The position numbers and the translations under genes are program-made. Shown here piece after piece: positions 52,847 through 61,999 of a stretch of 64,000 bases of DNA; position 1 is the stretch's first letter, and every line of letters begins with the position of its first letter. This DNA comes from Candidatus Pacearchaeota archaeon (GTDB taxonomy: Archaea > Nanobdellota > Nanobdellia > Pacearchaeales > GW2011-AR1): positions 302,449-366,448 of the forward strand of contig JBAZJQ010000001.1 in NCBI GenBank assembly GCA_041651235.1, in the 5' to 3' direction. The notes below the pieces were generated by a model. The model saw nothing but the letters and a program-made list of their open reading frames with translations, did not search any database and was not told the origin of the DNA.

Positions 52847-53310
52847 GTAAGAAATTTATGTTGAATAAAAAAGCAGGTGAAAAGTACTTATTTGGCTGGA
52901 TGTTTTTAATTTGGGTTTTAATTGCTGTTAGTATTTTTGCAGGAATATTTTTATTCTATTCAGTGAATATTGATGCAAGGCCTGAACAAGCTAGAATACT
53001 AAATCTAAGGTTAATGGACTGCATTAATGATAATTTTGAAAAAGTAGATAATAATTTTGATTTTTTTTCTGAATGTAATTTAAATAAAGAAGTGATTAAT
53101 GGAGAGGGATATTTTTTGAGGATTTCTATTCCTGGAAAAATAAATATGGAATTTGGAAAAAAAGACTTAGAATTGCAATGCCAGTTAGCAGAGGAAGGGA
53201 TTGAAGGAGATTTTCCTGCATGCGATTTAAGAAAACTTTATTATTATTCAGATAAAGAATATGTAATAGAGGTTTTTAGTGCTTCTAGTTACAATGGAGG
53301 AGAATTATGA
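52843..53310 (+). CDS. type IV pilin-like protein (155 aa)
   Basis: MSKKFMLNKKAG-EKYLFGWMFLIWVLIAVSIFAG. ATGA overlap with the upstream gene. Confidence 0.65.
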   Translation: MSKKFMLNKKAGEKYLFGWMFLIWVLIAVSIFAGIFLFYSVNIDARPEQARILNLRLMDCINDNFEKVDNNFDFFSECNLNKEVINGEGYFLRISIPGKINMEFGKKDLELQCQLAEEGIEGDFPACDLRKLYYYSDKEYVIEVFSASSYNGGEL

Positions 53311-53870
53311 TAAACAGAAAAGCGCAACTTGGAGCAACTTTTACTTGGTTTATTGCAACAATAATTGTTATGTTTATTCTTGTTATTTATCTTATTTTAA
53401 TGTCTGGTATTTTTATAGATAAAAATAAGATAAAAATAGGTAAAGAGGAAAATTCAGATAATGCTTATAGCTCCTTTGTTTTGAATTCTATTTTAAATGA
53501 TAAAATTGAATTTAATGGCAATTCTGTTTTATTAAAAGATGCTCTTAATGAGTGGATAATCTCTGAAAATCAAGAGGATTTTCAAGAAGAATTAGAAAAT
53601 CAAATTAAAAGTAAAATAGATAATTTATTGAATTCTGGAGAAGGATATTTATTTTATGTTGCTTATAACGAGAATCCTAATCAAATTTCTGGAAGTTTTA
53701 CTGGAGGAGGATTTGAAATTGATGGAGCAGATTATGGTGATTATTTTTATTTAGTTTCAGATAACTTTGAAAGATACGGAGTTGCAACTGAAGCTGAAGC
53801 TGCATTAACAAAAGCCTCTACAATTTATCTTAATAATAAATTTAAAATAAGGTTGTATATTGGAAAATGA
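53307..53870 (+). CDS. type IV pilin-like protein (187 aa)
   Basis: MINRKAQ-LGATFTWFIATIIVMFILVIYL. ATGA overlap. Confidence 0.65.
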   Translation: MINRKAQLGATFTWFIATIIVMFILVIYLILMSGIFIDKNKIKIGKEENSDNAYSSFVLNSILNDKIEFNGNSVLLKDALNEWIISENQEDFQEELENQIKSKIDNLLNSGEGYLFYVAYNENPNQISGSFTGGGFEIDGADYGDYFYLVSDNFERYGVATEAEAALTKASTIYLNNKFKIRLYIGK

Positions 53871-54229
53871 TAAATAAAAAAGCAATGTCCCTTTCAGTTG
53901 TATTGTTAGTTATTATGACTTTAATTTTAGTTATAATTTCTTTAGTTTATTTTGAAATAAGAGATGAAAAATTAAATCAGCAAATTAAGTTAGGGAATCT
54001 GGATAGAGTTTATGCTAAAGAACAGGAAATTAATTTTTATTTAAATGAAATAATGTCTTCTGATAACTTTCAAAGGGAATTTGTTAAATATCGAGATAAT
54101 TTGGAACCTGCTTTGGATAATGTTAGATATACAATTAATGGAAATGAAGTTGTTTTTGATGTTTTGATCCAAGAATCTAATGATAATATCGAAGTTAATT
54201 ATAATTATCAGAAAATCTTCAAGATTTGA
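53867..54229 (+). CDS. type IV pilin-like protein (120 aa)
   Basis: MINKKA-MSLSVVLLVIMTLILVIISLVYF. ATGA overlap. Confidence 0.65.
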   Translation: MINKKAMSLSVVLLVIMTLILVIISLVYFEIRDEKLNQQIKLGNLDRVYAKEQEINFYLNEIMSSDNFQREFVKYRDNLEPALDNVRYTINGNEVVFDVLIQESNDNIEVNYNYQKIFKI

Positions 54230-54292
54230 AAACATTTATAAAGACAGCAGGTTTATTATTAAAATAATAAACGGATGAAAGATTAGCAAAAG

Positions 54293-54796
54293 ATGGTGAG
54301 GAAAAAAGATAAAAAAGGAGCTGAAATGACTATTGGTACTATTATAGTTATTATTTTAGCTTTAGTTGTTCTTGTTGTAATTATTTATGGATTCACAACT
54401 GGATGGGGGAATTTATGGGGAAAAATTACTGGTTTTGGCGGAGGAAGTTCTAATGTTCAAACAATGGTTCAAGCTTGTCAAATAGCTTGTACAAGTGCAA
54501 GTAATTATGATTACTGCAATTTAGAAAGAAATGTTGTTTTTGGAAAAGAGGATACTAACAACGGAGATTATACTTGTAAGATCCTAGAAACTAAAAATAT
54601 AGGTTTACCGATTTGTAAAAGTGTAACTTGTTCAGGTTCTGTAACAAGTACAACTGAAACTGCTGATGAAACTAAATTTAATACCTGGAAAGCTGGATGT
54701 GTAAGTGCTGGAGGAGAGGCAAAAACTGCTAAAGAGGGAACTTGTGCAAGTAACACCCTGACCTATAATAATCAACTTTATTATTGCTGTAAATAA
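54293..54796 (+). CDS. type IV pilin-like protein (167 aa), Cys-rich; candidate major subunit
   Basis: MVRKKDKKGA-EMTIGTIIVIILALVVLVVIIYG. 10+ Cys in the mature part. Own intergenic spacer upstream. Confidence 0.65.
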   Translation: MVRKKDKKGAEMTIGTIIVIILALVVLVVIIYGFTTGWGNLWGKITGFGGGSSNVQTMVQACQIACTSASNYDYCNLERNVVFGKEDTNNGDYTCKILETKNIGLPICKSVTCSGSVTSTTETADETKFNTWKAGCVSAGGEAKTAKEGTCASNTLTYNNQLYYCCK

Positions 54797-54810
54797 TTGG
54801 GGTATAAAAA

Positions 54811-55794
54811 ATGAAAAAAATATTATTGTTCTTCGCTGGCTTCTTTTTATTAGGAATTCTTCTATTTTGTTTGAGTTTGGTTTCTGCAGAAGATGAGTTA
54901 AACCAAAAGATCGTTTTTGAGTATTATGAGGGAATGAACGATATTTTTAAGTTTAAATGGAATTCAATAAATAATTACCTTGAAGTAAATTCGGATGTAC
55001 GAAGCGGACCTTGGAGATATGCTTTACCTTATACTCATTATCCCACTGTAGATAGCATCTTTATTAATCTCGTTGGATTATATGCTTATGAACGCGAAGA
55101 TATTGTTAAAATGCTGGGGGCAACTAGTTTCAAAGAAGCAATTGAACTTGCTAATTTAATTGCAAAAGAAAGAGGGATAGAGAAACTTTTTGTGTCTATG
55201 GAAGATTTAGACAGCTCAGATATTCGAGATACCCTTTCAATTGGTTTTGATTTTGAAGAGGATAACCCAGAAGATCTAGAAAATAGGTATAATGAAGATA
55301 CTTTTTTTGAGTTTGATAAAACAGAATTAAACCAAAAGATCGTTTTTGAGTATTATGAGGGAATGAACGATATTTTTAAGTTTAAATGGAATTCAATAAA
55401 TAATCATTTAGAAGTTAATGGAAATGTTAATACTTGGTATCAATCTGCTAGTAGCAAGAGAAGAGAAACAGAAAAGAGTTACGATTTTGATTATACTTCC
55501 AACCCCCTGGGCGATAGTAATTTTGCAAATTTGGTGGGCATCTATCCAGAAGAACAAGACGATGTCTTAACCATGCTTCAAGCAAACAGCTTCAAAGAAG
55601 CAATTGAACTTTCTAATATTATCCAAGTTCAAAGAGGACAAGAAAAATTATCTATTGGAATAGTGGAAACAGAAGATAATCCTAATGAGTTCACATTTGA
55701 TGAAGAAGTTTCCACTACGACTAATGATCAATTTGCATTTAATGAAAAAATTGATGAAACCGAATCAAATCAATTTGATTTCGGAGTAGCATAA
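54811..55794 (+). CDS. secreted two-repeat protein (Sec-type signal)
   Basis: Signal LLFCLSLVSAEDE. Two homologous halves, each starting ELNQKIVFEYYEGMNDIFKFKWNSINN.LEVN and containing SFKEAIEL. Confidence 0.7.
   Translation: MKKILLFFAGFFLLGILLFCLSLVSAEDELNQKIVFEYYEGMNDIFKFKWNSINNYLEVNSDVRSGPWRYALPYTHYPTVDSIFINLVGLYAYEREDIVKMLGATSFKEAIELANLIAKERGIEKLFVSMEDLDSSDIRDTLSIGFDFEEDNPEDLENRYNEDTFFEFDKTELNQKIVFEYYEGMNDIFKFKWNSINNHLEVNGNVNTWYQSASSKRRETEKSYDFDYTSNPLGDSNFANLVGIYPEEQDDVLTMLQANSFKEAIELSNIIQVQRGQEKLSIGIVETEDNPNEFTFDEEVSTTTNDQFAFNEKIDETESNQFDFGVA
54898..54975 (+). repeat. 78-bp perfect intragenic direct repeat, copy 1
   Basis: Identical to 55327-55404 (offset 429 bp = 143 codons). Confidence 0.9.
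55327..55404 (+). repeat. 78-bp perfect intragenic direct repeat, copy 2
   Basis: Identical to 54898-54975. Confidence 0.9.
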
Positions 55795-55904
55795 TTTAAA
55801 ATAAATCTTTTTTAATCGCTTCTTTATTAATTTTTAAAATTAGATTTTTTGATTAGTGAAATTTAAAAACTTGGAGTTATTTAAATTGTTAGGGGTTTGT
55901 TTAA

Positions 55905-56033
55905 ATGGCAGAGGATTATTGTTGTTCAGGGAGAAGAAAAACAAAAACAGATAGGAGAGCTAAAGCTAGATATAATCGATATAAAAAAGGCGGGAGCCAG
56001 AGAGTTAAGGAAAAAGATAACTGGAAAAAATAG
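55905..56033 (+). CDS. 42-aa highly basic mini-protein (not in ORF track, speculative)
   Basis: MAEDYCCSGRRKTKTDRRAKARYNRYKKGGSQRVKEKDNWKK. Lies in a 600-bp gap with no listed ORF. Confidence 0.25.
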   Translation: MAEDYCCSGRRKTKTDRRAKARYNRYKKGGSQRVKEKDNWKK

Positions 56034-56212
56034 TTTAATCTTCTAAAACTGAAATTATGTTGGATATTAGAGACATTAAAAGAGCAAATGCACTTACTGA
56101 TAATCCTGTAATATCCAATGCATTTACTTTTATTAATGTTAAAGAAAAATAGATAAAGAGGAGAATATTAATAGCATGAGATAATATTGAAAGTCCCGAT
56201 CATACTTTCATC

Positions 56213-56326
56213 TTAAGATATTAATAGTTTAATTATCTGCCAAATTAAAAGCCCAATTGCTAAAAATCCTAGTATCCAGGTGATTATTTGTGCTATTTTT
56301 AATATTCTTTTTTTATTTTTTTTCAT
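56213..56326 (-). CDS. 37-aa membrane mini-protein, or the 5' fragment of a decayed membrane gene (speculative)
   Basis: MKKNKKRILKIAQIITWILGFLAIGLLIWQIIKLLIS. A further hydrophobic reading frame continues downstream in another frame to about 56043. Confidence 0.25.
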   Translation of the reverse strand: MKKNKKRILKIAQIITWILGFLAIGLLIWQIIKLLIS

Positions 56327-56412
56327 ATTTATTAATAGTTATAGAACTATATAAAATTAGTGTTAAGATATATTTATTAAGGTATTTTGTCATTTATTAA
56401 AAAGGTGATTAA

Positions 56413-57261
56413 ATGATTAGTGAAATTTTTGCTGGTGAGAATGGATTTCTTATAATTTTAGGATTAATCTGGATTATCGGAGCGATTTTACAGGACTTTA
56501 AAAGAAGAGAGGTAGATAATTTATGGAATTTTAGCTTGATATTTATGGCACTTGCTTATAGGGCCTTTGTTAGTATCTCTAATGGGAATTACTGGTTTAT
56601 TATAAATGGTATAATTGGGTTCGGAGTATTTTTTGCATTAAGTAATTTATTTTATTATTCAAGATTATTTGCAGGAGGAGATGCAAAATTATTAATGGCT
56701 TTAGGAGCAATTCTTCCTCTCTCTTACAACTGGATTTCAAATTTAAAAATATTTGTTGCATTTGTCTTATTATTTTTTGCGTTAGGTGCTTTGTATTCTT
56801 TAGTTTATAGTTTTGTTTTAGTTTTTGCAAATTTTAAGAGATTTACTAAAGAGTTTAAGGTTCAATGGAAAAATTATAATAAAATGTTTTTATGGGCAAT
56901 TGGTTTTATGATCCTCTGGATTATTTTTGCTTTTATTCTAGATCAAAAGCCAATTATGATAATTGGATTTGTTGTTTTGTTGTTCCCTGTTTTATTTGTT
57001 TATGCAAAATCAGTTGAAGAAAGCTGCATGGTTAAATTAGTTGATCCTAAAGAAGTAACTATCGGAGATTGGCTGTATAAAGATATTAAAGTTGGAGATA
57101 AGAAAATAAAGAGCAAATGGGAAGGAGTTTCAAAATATAATCTAGAAATAATAAGAAAAGGAAAGAAAAAGATTTTAATCAAGCAAGGAGTTCCTTTTAC
57201 TCCTAGTTTCTTATTTGGTTTTATTGTATTAATTGTTTTAATTTACAAGGGATATTTGTGA
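56413..57261 (+). CDS. A24-family prepilin/preflagellin peptidase (FlaK/PibD/EppA-like)
   Basis: First Asp block ILQDFKRREVDN, second FAGGDAKLLMALGA (GxGD-type). Polytopic. Confidence 0.82.
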   Translation: MISEIFAGENGFLIILGLIWIIGAILQDFKRREVDNLWNFSLIFMALAYRAFVSISNGNYWFIINGIIGFGVFFALSNLFYYSRLFAGGDAKLLMALGAILPLSYNWISNLKIFVAFVLLFFALGALYSLVYSFVLVFANFKRFTKEFKVQWKNYNKMFLWAIGFMILWIIFAFILDQKPIMIIGFVVLLFPVLFVYAKSVEESCMVKLVDPKEVTIGDWLYKDIKVGDKKIKSKWEGVSKYNLEIIRKGKKKILIKQGVPFTPSFLFGFIVLIVLIYKGYL

Positions 57262-57363
57262 TAATAGTTGTTTTAATAGATAAAATATTGATAATGTTAA
57301 TAACTAATATGTTCTGCAAATGAAGAGATTAAAGATTATAAAATATAATTAGTCAAGAAATTA

Positions 57364-57987
57364 TTAAGGTATTCTAAAAGAAAGCTGTTGAAGTTTTGTT
57401 TTTGTTTCTGATTTTTCTGTTATTTTTAATTTTTTAGCTCTTTCTCCTCTTTTTTTGATTTCAAGGATAGTTTGCAGTTCCTGCAATTCAGATTCAGATG
57501 CTTTCTTTTTTTCTAATAATGTATCTTTGTAAATTGGAATTACATTGATCATAGCATGTCCTTGAAAACTAGAGGTTTCTATTTTAATTTCATCGGGATT
57601 CAGTTTTGATTTTATCTTTTTAGATACTTTTTTTGCTAATCCTAATGCTGAACTGGGTAATTTTTCTGTGGTAATATGTTCTAGAGGAAGAATTATAGAA
57701 TGTCCTTTTGATAGTGGATTTATTTCTAAAATAGCTATTGATTTTTTATTTTCAGCTATTTTATGGCTCGGAATATCATTATTGGTTATTGAACAAAAAA
57801 TACATTTTGGAGAGTCTGATGAAGAGGATTTTGATGCTTCTTGCTGTTCCTTTAAAAAATCTTCAAGTTCCTGTTCATTCATATCTCTAATCTGTTGTTT
57901 AATTTCTTCTTTATTGGGCAGTTGAGAATTATCTATCTGACTAAATAATTGCTGTTTTATTTGCTGTGCTTGTTCTGGTGAAAACAT
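57364..57987 (-). CDS. HIT-family protein with Q/E-rich N-terminal extension and degenerate histidine triad
   Basis: CIFCSI..NDIPSHKI..N...IAILEINPLSKGHSIILPLEH is typical HIT. The triad position reads QGHAMINVIP instead of HxHxHxx. Confidence 0.7.
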   Translation of the reverse strand: MFSPEQAQQIKQQLFSQIDNSQLPNKEEIKQQIRDMNEQELEDFLKEQQEASKSSSSDSPKCIFCSITNNDIPSHKIAENKKSIAILEINPLSKGHSIILPLEHITTEKLPSSALGLAKKVSKKIKSKLNPDEIKIETSSFQGHAMINVIPIYKDTLLEKKKASESELQELQTILEIKKRGERAKKLKITEKSETKTKLQQLSFRIP

Positions 57988-58040
57988 AAAATAAAATAGA
58001 ATTAAGGTTTTTTATATTTATGGATAACTTAGATTTTCAA

Positions 58041-58313
58041 TTATCCAAGTGCTCTACGGAAATCAACAACTTCTACAGAACTAACATTTTCAATTTGCTT
58101 TAGCTTTTCTTCTGTTTCATCTACTGATTTTGATTCCTCAAATGCAAATGTTAGTATTAGTGCTTTTAATCCAAATGCAATGGGTTCTATTTGCACATTT
58201 ACATCTGAATTAGTTATCTCTTTAATAATATCTCTTGCATCTCCCTCAATTAGATTTAAATCTGCATCGGGGGATAAGGGCATTATTTTGTATTTAATTA
58301 TAGCAGTTCCCAT
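58041..58313 (-). CDS. translation elongation factor aEF-1 beta
   Basis: 90 aa. IKYKIMPLSPD...IEPIAFGLKALILTF...VSSVEVVDFRR matches the aEF-1beta pattern. Confidence 0.9.
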   Translation of the reverse strand: MGTAIIKYKIMPLSPDADLNLIEGDARDIIKEITNSDVNVQIEPIAFGLKALILTFAFEESKSVDETEEKLKQIENVSSVEVVDFRRALG

Positions 58314-58557
58314 AGTATGTTTTTGGTAATTTGGTTTATAAAGCTTATTGTTGAATAATAGGAATATTGAGAATATAAATTTAATAGAGATTAGTAATGT
58401 GAAATATAAACCAGGTTATTGCTGATGATTAAGCTTAATCTTTTAATTTCTTGCTGTTTATTTTAATAGGATATCAATTTAATATAAACAAGAGGTATCA
58501 TTGTTTTCAAAAGGCATAATACTTATAAAGAATCTTACTTTTTATTTAATCTAAAGA

Positions 58558-59502
58558 GTGAAGATGGTAGCTGGAAATTATAAACAATTAATTGAATTTA
58601 TTTCAGAAAATTCTGGAGTTTCTATAGATGAACTTGAAAGAAGGGTAGAGGCAAAACAAGCTAAATTATCGGGTTTAATCAGCAAAGAAGGTGCTGCCCA
58701 AGTTATTGCAGCTGAATTAGGCATTAATTTTGATAAGCAAATGATGAAGATATCTCAAATTGTTAATGGGATGAAGAAAATTAATGTTATTGGCAAGGTA
58801 ATTAGTTTATTTCCTATAAGGGAATACAACAAAAATGGTAGAAGTGGAAGAGTTAGTAATTTTATACTTGCAGATGATACGAGTAATATAAGGACTGTTT
58901 TGTGGGATGAAACTCATATAGAATTAATTGCAAAAGGGCAGATAGGAGAAAATTCAGTTATTGAAATAAGCAATGCAACACTGAGAAATGGAGAACTGCA
59001 TTTAACTAGTTTTTCTGAGATTAAGTTAAGTTCTCAGAATATTAATAATATTGTTGTTTCAAAGCCAGTTTTTAAAAAGAATATTTCAGAATTTAATGCA
59101 AATGATTCTGTTTCTACAAGAGCAGTTATTGTTCAGATATTTGAACCGAGATTTTTTGAAATTTGCCCTGAATGCAAGAAAAAAGCAAGTGAATTAGGAG
59201 AATGCATGACTCATGGCAAGATTGTCCCTGAAAGAAGGGCTTTGCTTAATTTTGTTATTGACGATGGCAGTGATTCTATAAGGTCAGTTATGTTTTCAGA
59301 TGTAATTGAAAAAATAATCCCTTTAAATGAATTAGATAATTCAGAATCATTTTCAATTAGAAAAAAGGATTTGCTTGGAAAAGAAATGATTATACATGGG
59401 AATGTTAGGAAAAATCAGTTATATGGGAATAATGAGTTTATTATTTCTGATTTAAAAGATATTGAACTGGATAAGTTAATTGAAGAATTAGAAAAAAATT
59501 AA
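58558..59502 (+). CDS. replication protein A (RPA)-like ssDNA-binding protein with zinc ribbon
   Basis: N-terminal LSGLISKEGAAQVIAAELGI domain, OB fold (INVIGKVISLFPIREY...ILADDTSNIRTVLWD), CPECKKK...C..HG. The ATG at 58564 is an alternative to the GTG start. Confidence 0.8.
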   Translation: MKMVAGNYKQLIEFISENSGVSIDELERRVEAKQAKLSGLISKEGAAQVIAAELGINFDKQMMKISQIVNGMKKINVIGKVISLFPIREYNKNGRSGRVSNFILADDTSNIRTVLWDETHIELIAKGQIGENSVIEISNATLRNGELHLTSFSEIKLSSQNINNIVVSKPVFKKNISEFNANDSVSTRAVIVQIFEPRFFEICPECKKKASELGECMTHGKIVPERRALLNFVIDDGSDSIRSVMFSDVIEKIIPLNELDNSESFSIRKKDLLGKEMIIHGNVRKNQLYGNNEFIISDLKDIELDKLIEELEKN

Positions 59503-59604
59503 ATTTTTTAATTTTGATAATCTATTCGGACATAAGCTGAGCAGAGGAGATACTTAAGATAAGTTTAATTTGTTTTAAAAATCATTATAATATTGAATTG
59601 TTCT

Positions 59605-60069
59605 TTAAATTATCCAAACAAAAAGCATAGCTAAAACATCTATTAAAATTAAAGCAATAAACAAACCATCTTCAATTCTTCCTCCTGAACGAATAAATCC
59701 AATACTCTTTTGTTTTAACGGCCAGAAAGGCTGAATTCCTTCTTTTGTAAAACTATCACAGATCAAATGAACTGAATAACCTACAAAAAAACCTAAGCTT
59801 GCAATCGGAAAGAATATAGATAAAATAATTGAAAGTGCAATTGCTGTTGTAAAGCTGTGAATAATTCCTCTATGGTTAACTAACCATTGCAATGGTCGAA
59901 AAATTAAATGTCTACCCCAACTGGAAAAACTATTATCTAAATCGGGGATTATTGTAGCTAATAAAACCATCCCTACAAAAATAATTTGATTATTAACATG
60001 TTCTACAAATAAAATTATAAACAAGAATGCAACAGCTAAATGGGTTCTAAGCATCATCTCTTTTATCAC
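59605..60069 (-). CDS. YdjM/DUF457 membrane-bound metal-dependent hydrolase
   Basis: RTHLAVAF, IIPDLD, HRGIIHS, HLICDSFTKEGI. Confidence 0.8.
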   Translation of the reverse strand: MIKEMMLRTHLAVAFLFIILFVEHVNNQIIFVGMVLLATIIPDLDNSFSSWGRHLIFRPLQWLVNHRGIIHSFTTAIALSIILSIFFPIASLGFFVGYSVHLICDSFTKEGIQPFWPLKQKSIGFIRSGGRIEDGLFIALILIDVLAMLFVWII

Positions 60070-60149
60070 CTTAAAATTAAAAGATAATTTAGTTTATAAG
60101 ATTAATGAAAAGCAATTAAGTTTTTAAATTCAATTAATCCAAGAATTTT

Positions 60150-60470
60150 ATGAAATTTTTTAAAAAATATGAAAGAACAAGAGAGATTCATTTACAACCT
60201 ATCCTAGAATTAGCAAAACTTGGGGCGCAGGTAGCTAAGAATTATAAAGGAAAAAATATAGAGATGTTATTGACCCCTTTAAATCGTAATTTGAGACTAA
60301 CTGAGCCAATTAATCTTCTGAGTAGTACGCTTCAAGTAAGTTATAGTATTGGAAAATTTAAAGCAGCAAATTATGTAAAAGTTTCAGTAGAAGGAGAATT
60401 AAAAAAAGAAGAATTAGAAGAGATTGCAGACAATATTGGAAGTGTTTTTGATAAAGAGAAACATGTTTAA
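60150..60470 (+). CDS. hypothetical protein
   Basis: 106-aa ORF in its own slot upstream of radA; no motif recognised. Confidence 0.45.
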   Translation: MKFFKKYERTREIHLQPILELAKLGAQVAKNYKGKNIEMLLTPLNRNLRLTEPINLLSSTLQVSYSIGKFKAANYVKVSVEGELKKEELEEIADNIGSVFDKEKHV

Positions 60471-60548
60471 TTCTTTATAAATTGAATATTTCGAACATAT
60501 ATAACAAATATAAACAATGTTTATATATTGAAATTGGATTTTTAAGAT

Positions 60549-61532
60549 ATGGCTAAAAAAGAAAAAGAAGAAAATAAGGAAATGAAGCTTTCTGATTTGC
60601 CTGGGGTTGGACCTGCTGCTATTGAGAAATTAGAAGCTGCAGGTATTTTTGATTTAATGGGAATTGCTGTTTTAGGGCCTAAAGAATTATCTGAAATGGC
60701 AGGAATGGGAGAAGCTGCTGCAAGAAAGGCAATTCAAGCATCAAGAAAAATGATGGATTTAGGATTTCAGTCAGGATTAGAATTTGCAACTAAAAGAGAG
60801 GAAATTAATCATATCACAACTGGAAGTCAGAATTTTAATAATTTGTTAGGGGGAAAAGGAGTTGAAACCAAATCAATTACAGAGGCTTTTGGAGCTTATG
60901 GTAGTGGAAAAACTCAGTTGGGTTTGAGTTTAGCTGTAAATGTCCAATTGCCTTTGGAAATGGGGGGATGTGAGGGAAAAGCAGTTTACATTGACACAGA
61001 GGGGACATTTAGACCTGAGAGAATAAAGCAGATTGCAGAAGCAAAAGGAGCAAATCCTGAAAAAGTTTTGCAGAATATTTTAGTTGCAAGAGCATTTAAT
61101 TCTGATCATCAGATTTTGCTTATAGATAAAATTGGTGAGTTAATTAAAAATGGAGAACCAATAAAAATAGTTATTGTGGATAGTTTAACTGCTCATTTTA
61201 GAGCAGAATTTTCAGGAAGAGGACAGCTAGCAGATAGGCAGCAGAAATTAAATAAATATCTGCATAATTTAATGAAAATGGCAGAGCAGTTTAATTTAGC
61301 TGTTTATGTTACTAATCAGGTTATGGCAAATCCTGCAATGATGTTTGGAGATCCTACAACTGCAATTGGTGGAAACATTGTGGGACATGCTTCAACTTAT
61401 AGATTATATTTAAGAAGAAGCAAGAAAAATTCAAGAGTTGCAAAATTAATTGACAGCCCTAATTTGCCTGATAATGAGTGTATTTTTTATGTTGGAAAAA
61501 AAGGAGTTAGTGATGATGAAGATGCTGAATGA
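60549..61532 (+). CDS. radA: DNA repair and recombination protein RadA
   Basis: N-terminal HhH (LPGVGPAAIEKLEAAGI), Walker A GAYGSGKTQ, VYIDTEGTFRPERI, Walker B IVIVDSL. Confidence 0.93.
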   Translation: MAKKEKEENKEMKLSDLPGVGPAAIEKLEAAGIFDLMGIAVLGPKELSEMAGMGEAAARKAIQASRKMMDLGFQSGLEFATKREEINHITTGSQNFNNLLGGKGVETKSITEAFGAYGSGKTQLGLSLAVNVQLPLEMGGCEGKAVYIDTEGTFRPERIKQIAEAKGANPEKVLQNILVARAFNSDHQILLIDKIGELIKNGEPIKIVIVDSLTAHFRAEFSGRGQLADRQQKLNKYLHNLMKMAEQFNLAVYVTNQVMANPAMMFGDPTTAIGGNIVGHASTYRLYLRRSKKNSRVAKLIDSPNLPDNECIFYVGKKGVSDDEDAE

Positions 61533-61572
61533 TTTTCGTAATCTTTATTAAGTTAAGTTATTTTTAGTTATT

Positions 61573-61953
61573 ATGAAAAAAGAGAGTGGAATAATATTCG
61601 TTTTAATAGGAGTAATAATTTTAGTAGGCATTTTTGCAGTTTTTAATTATATAAAAATGAATTCTGAAATTGATGGTTTAAAAAAAACTAATTCTGATTT
61701 ACTTACAGAAAGAGGGCAATTGAAAGATGAAATAGAAAGTTATAAAGCAAAAATTGCAAAAACAGATGCAGAACTAGCAAAACTGCAGGAAGATGTAGCT
61801 AAAATTTACAAAACTTGCATTACTAATAATGCATGCAAAGGACATTATCCGGGGATAAGCTGGAATTGCAATAATGTAGGTGATGAAGTAAGTGATCCTT
61901 CACATACTTGCGTATGTGATTCTGCCTGTAATTTAAAAGCTACTGCGATTTAA
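61573..61953 (+). CDS. membrane-anchored coiled-coil protein with Cys-rich C-terminus
   Basis: N-terminal TM, heptads (LKDEIESYKAKIAKTDAELAKLQEDVAKI), 8 Cys in the last 50 aa. Confidence 0.55.
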   Translation: MKKESGIIFVLIGVIILVGIFAVFNYIKMNSEIDGLKKTNSDLLTERGQLKDEIESYKAKIAKTDAELAKLQEDVAKIYKTCITNNACKGHYPGISWNCNNVGDEVSDPSHTCVCDSACNLKATAI

Positions 61954-61999
61954 TCCTAAGGATTAACTCCCTGACGTTTTCCTCGCGATATAGAAATTA

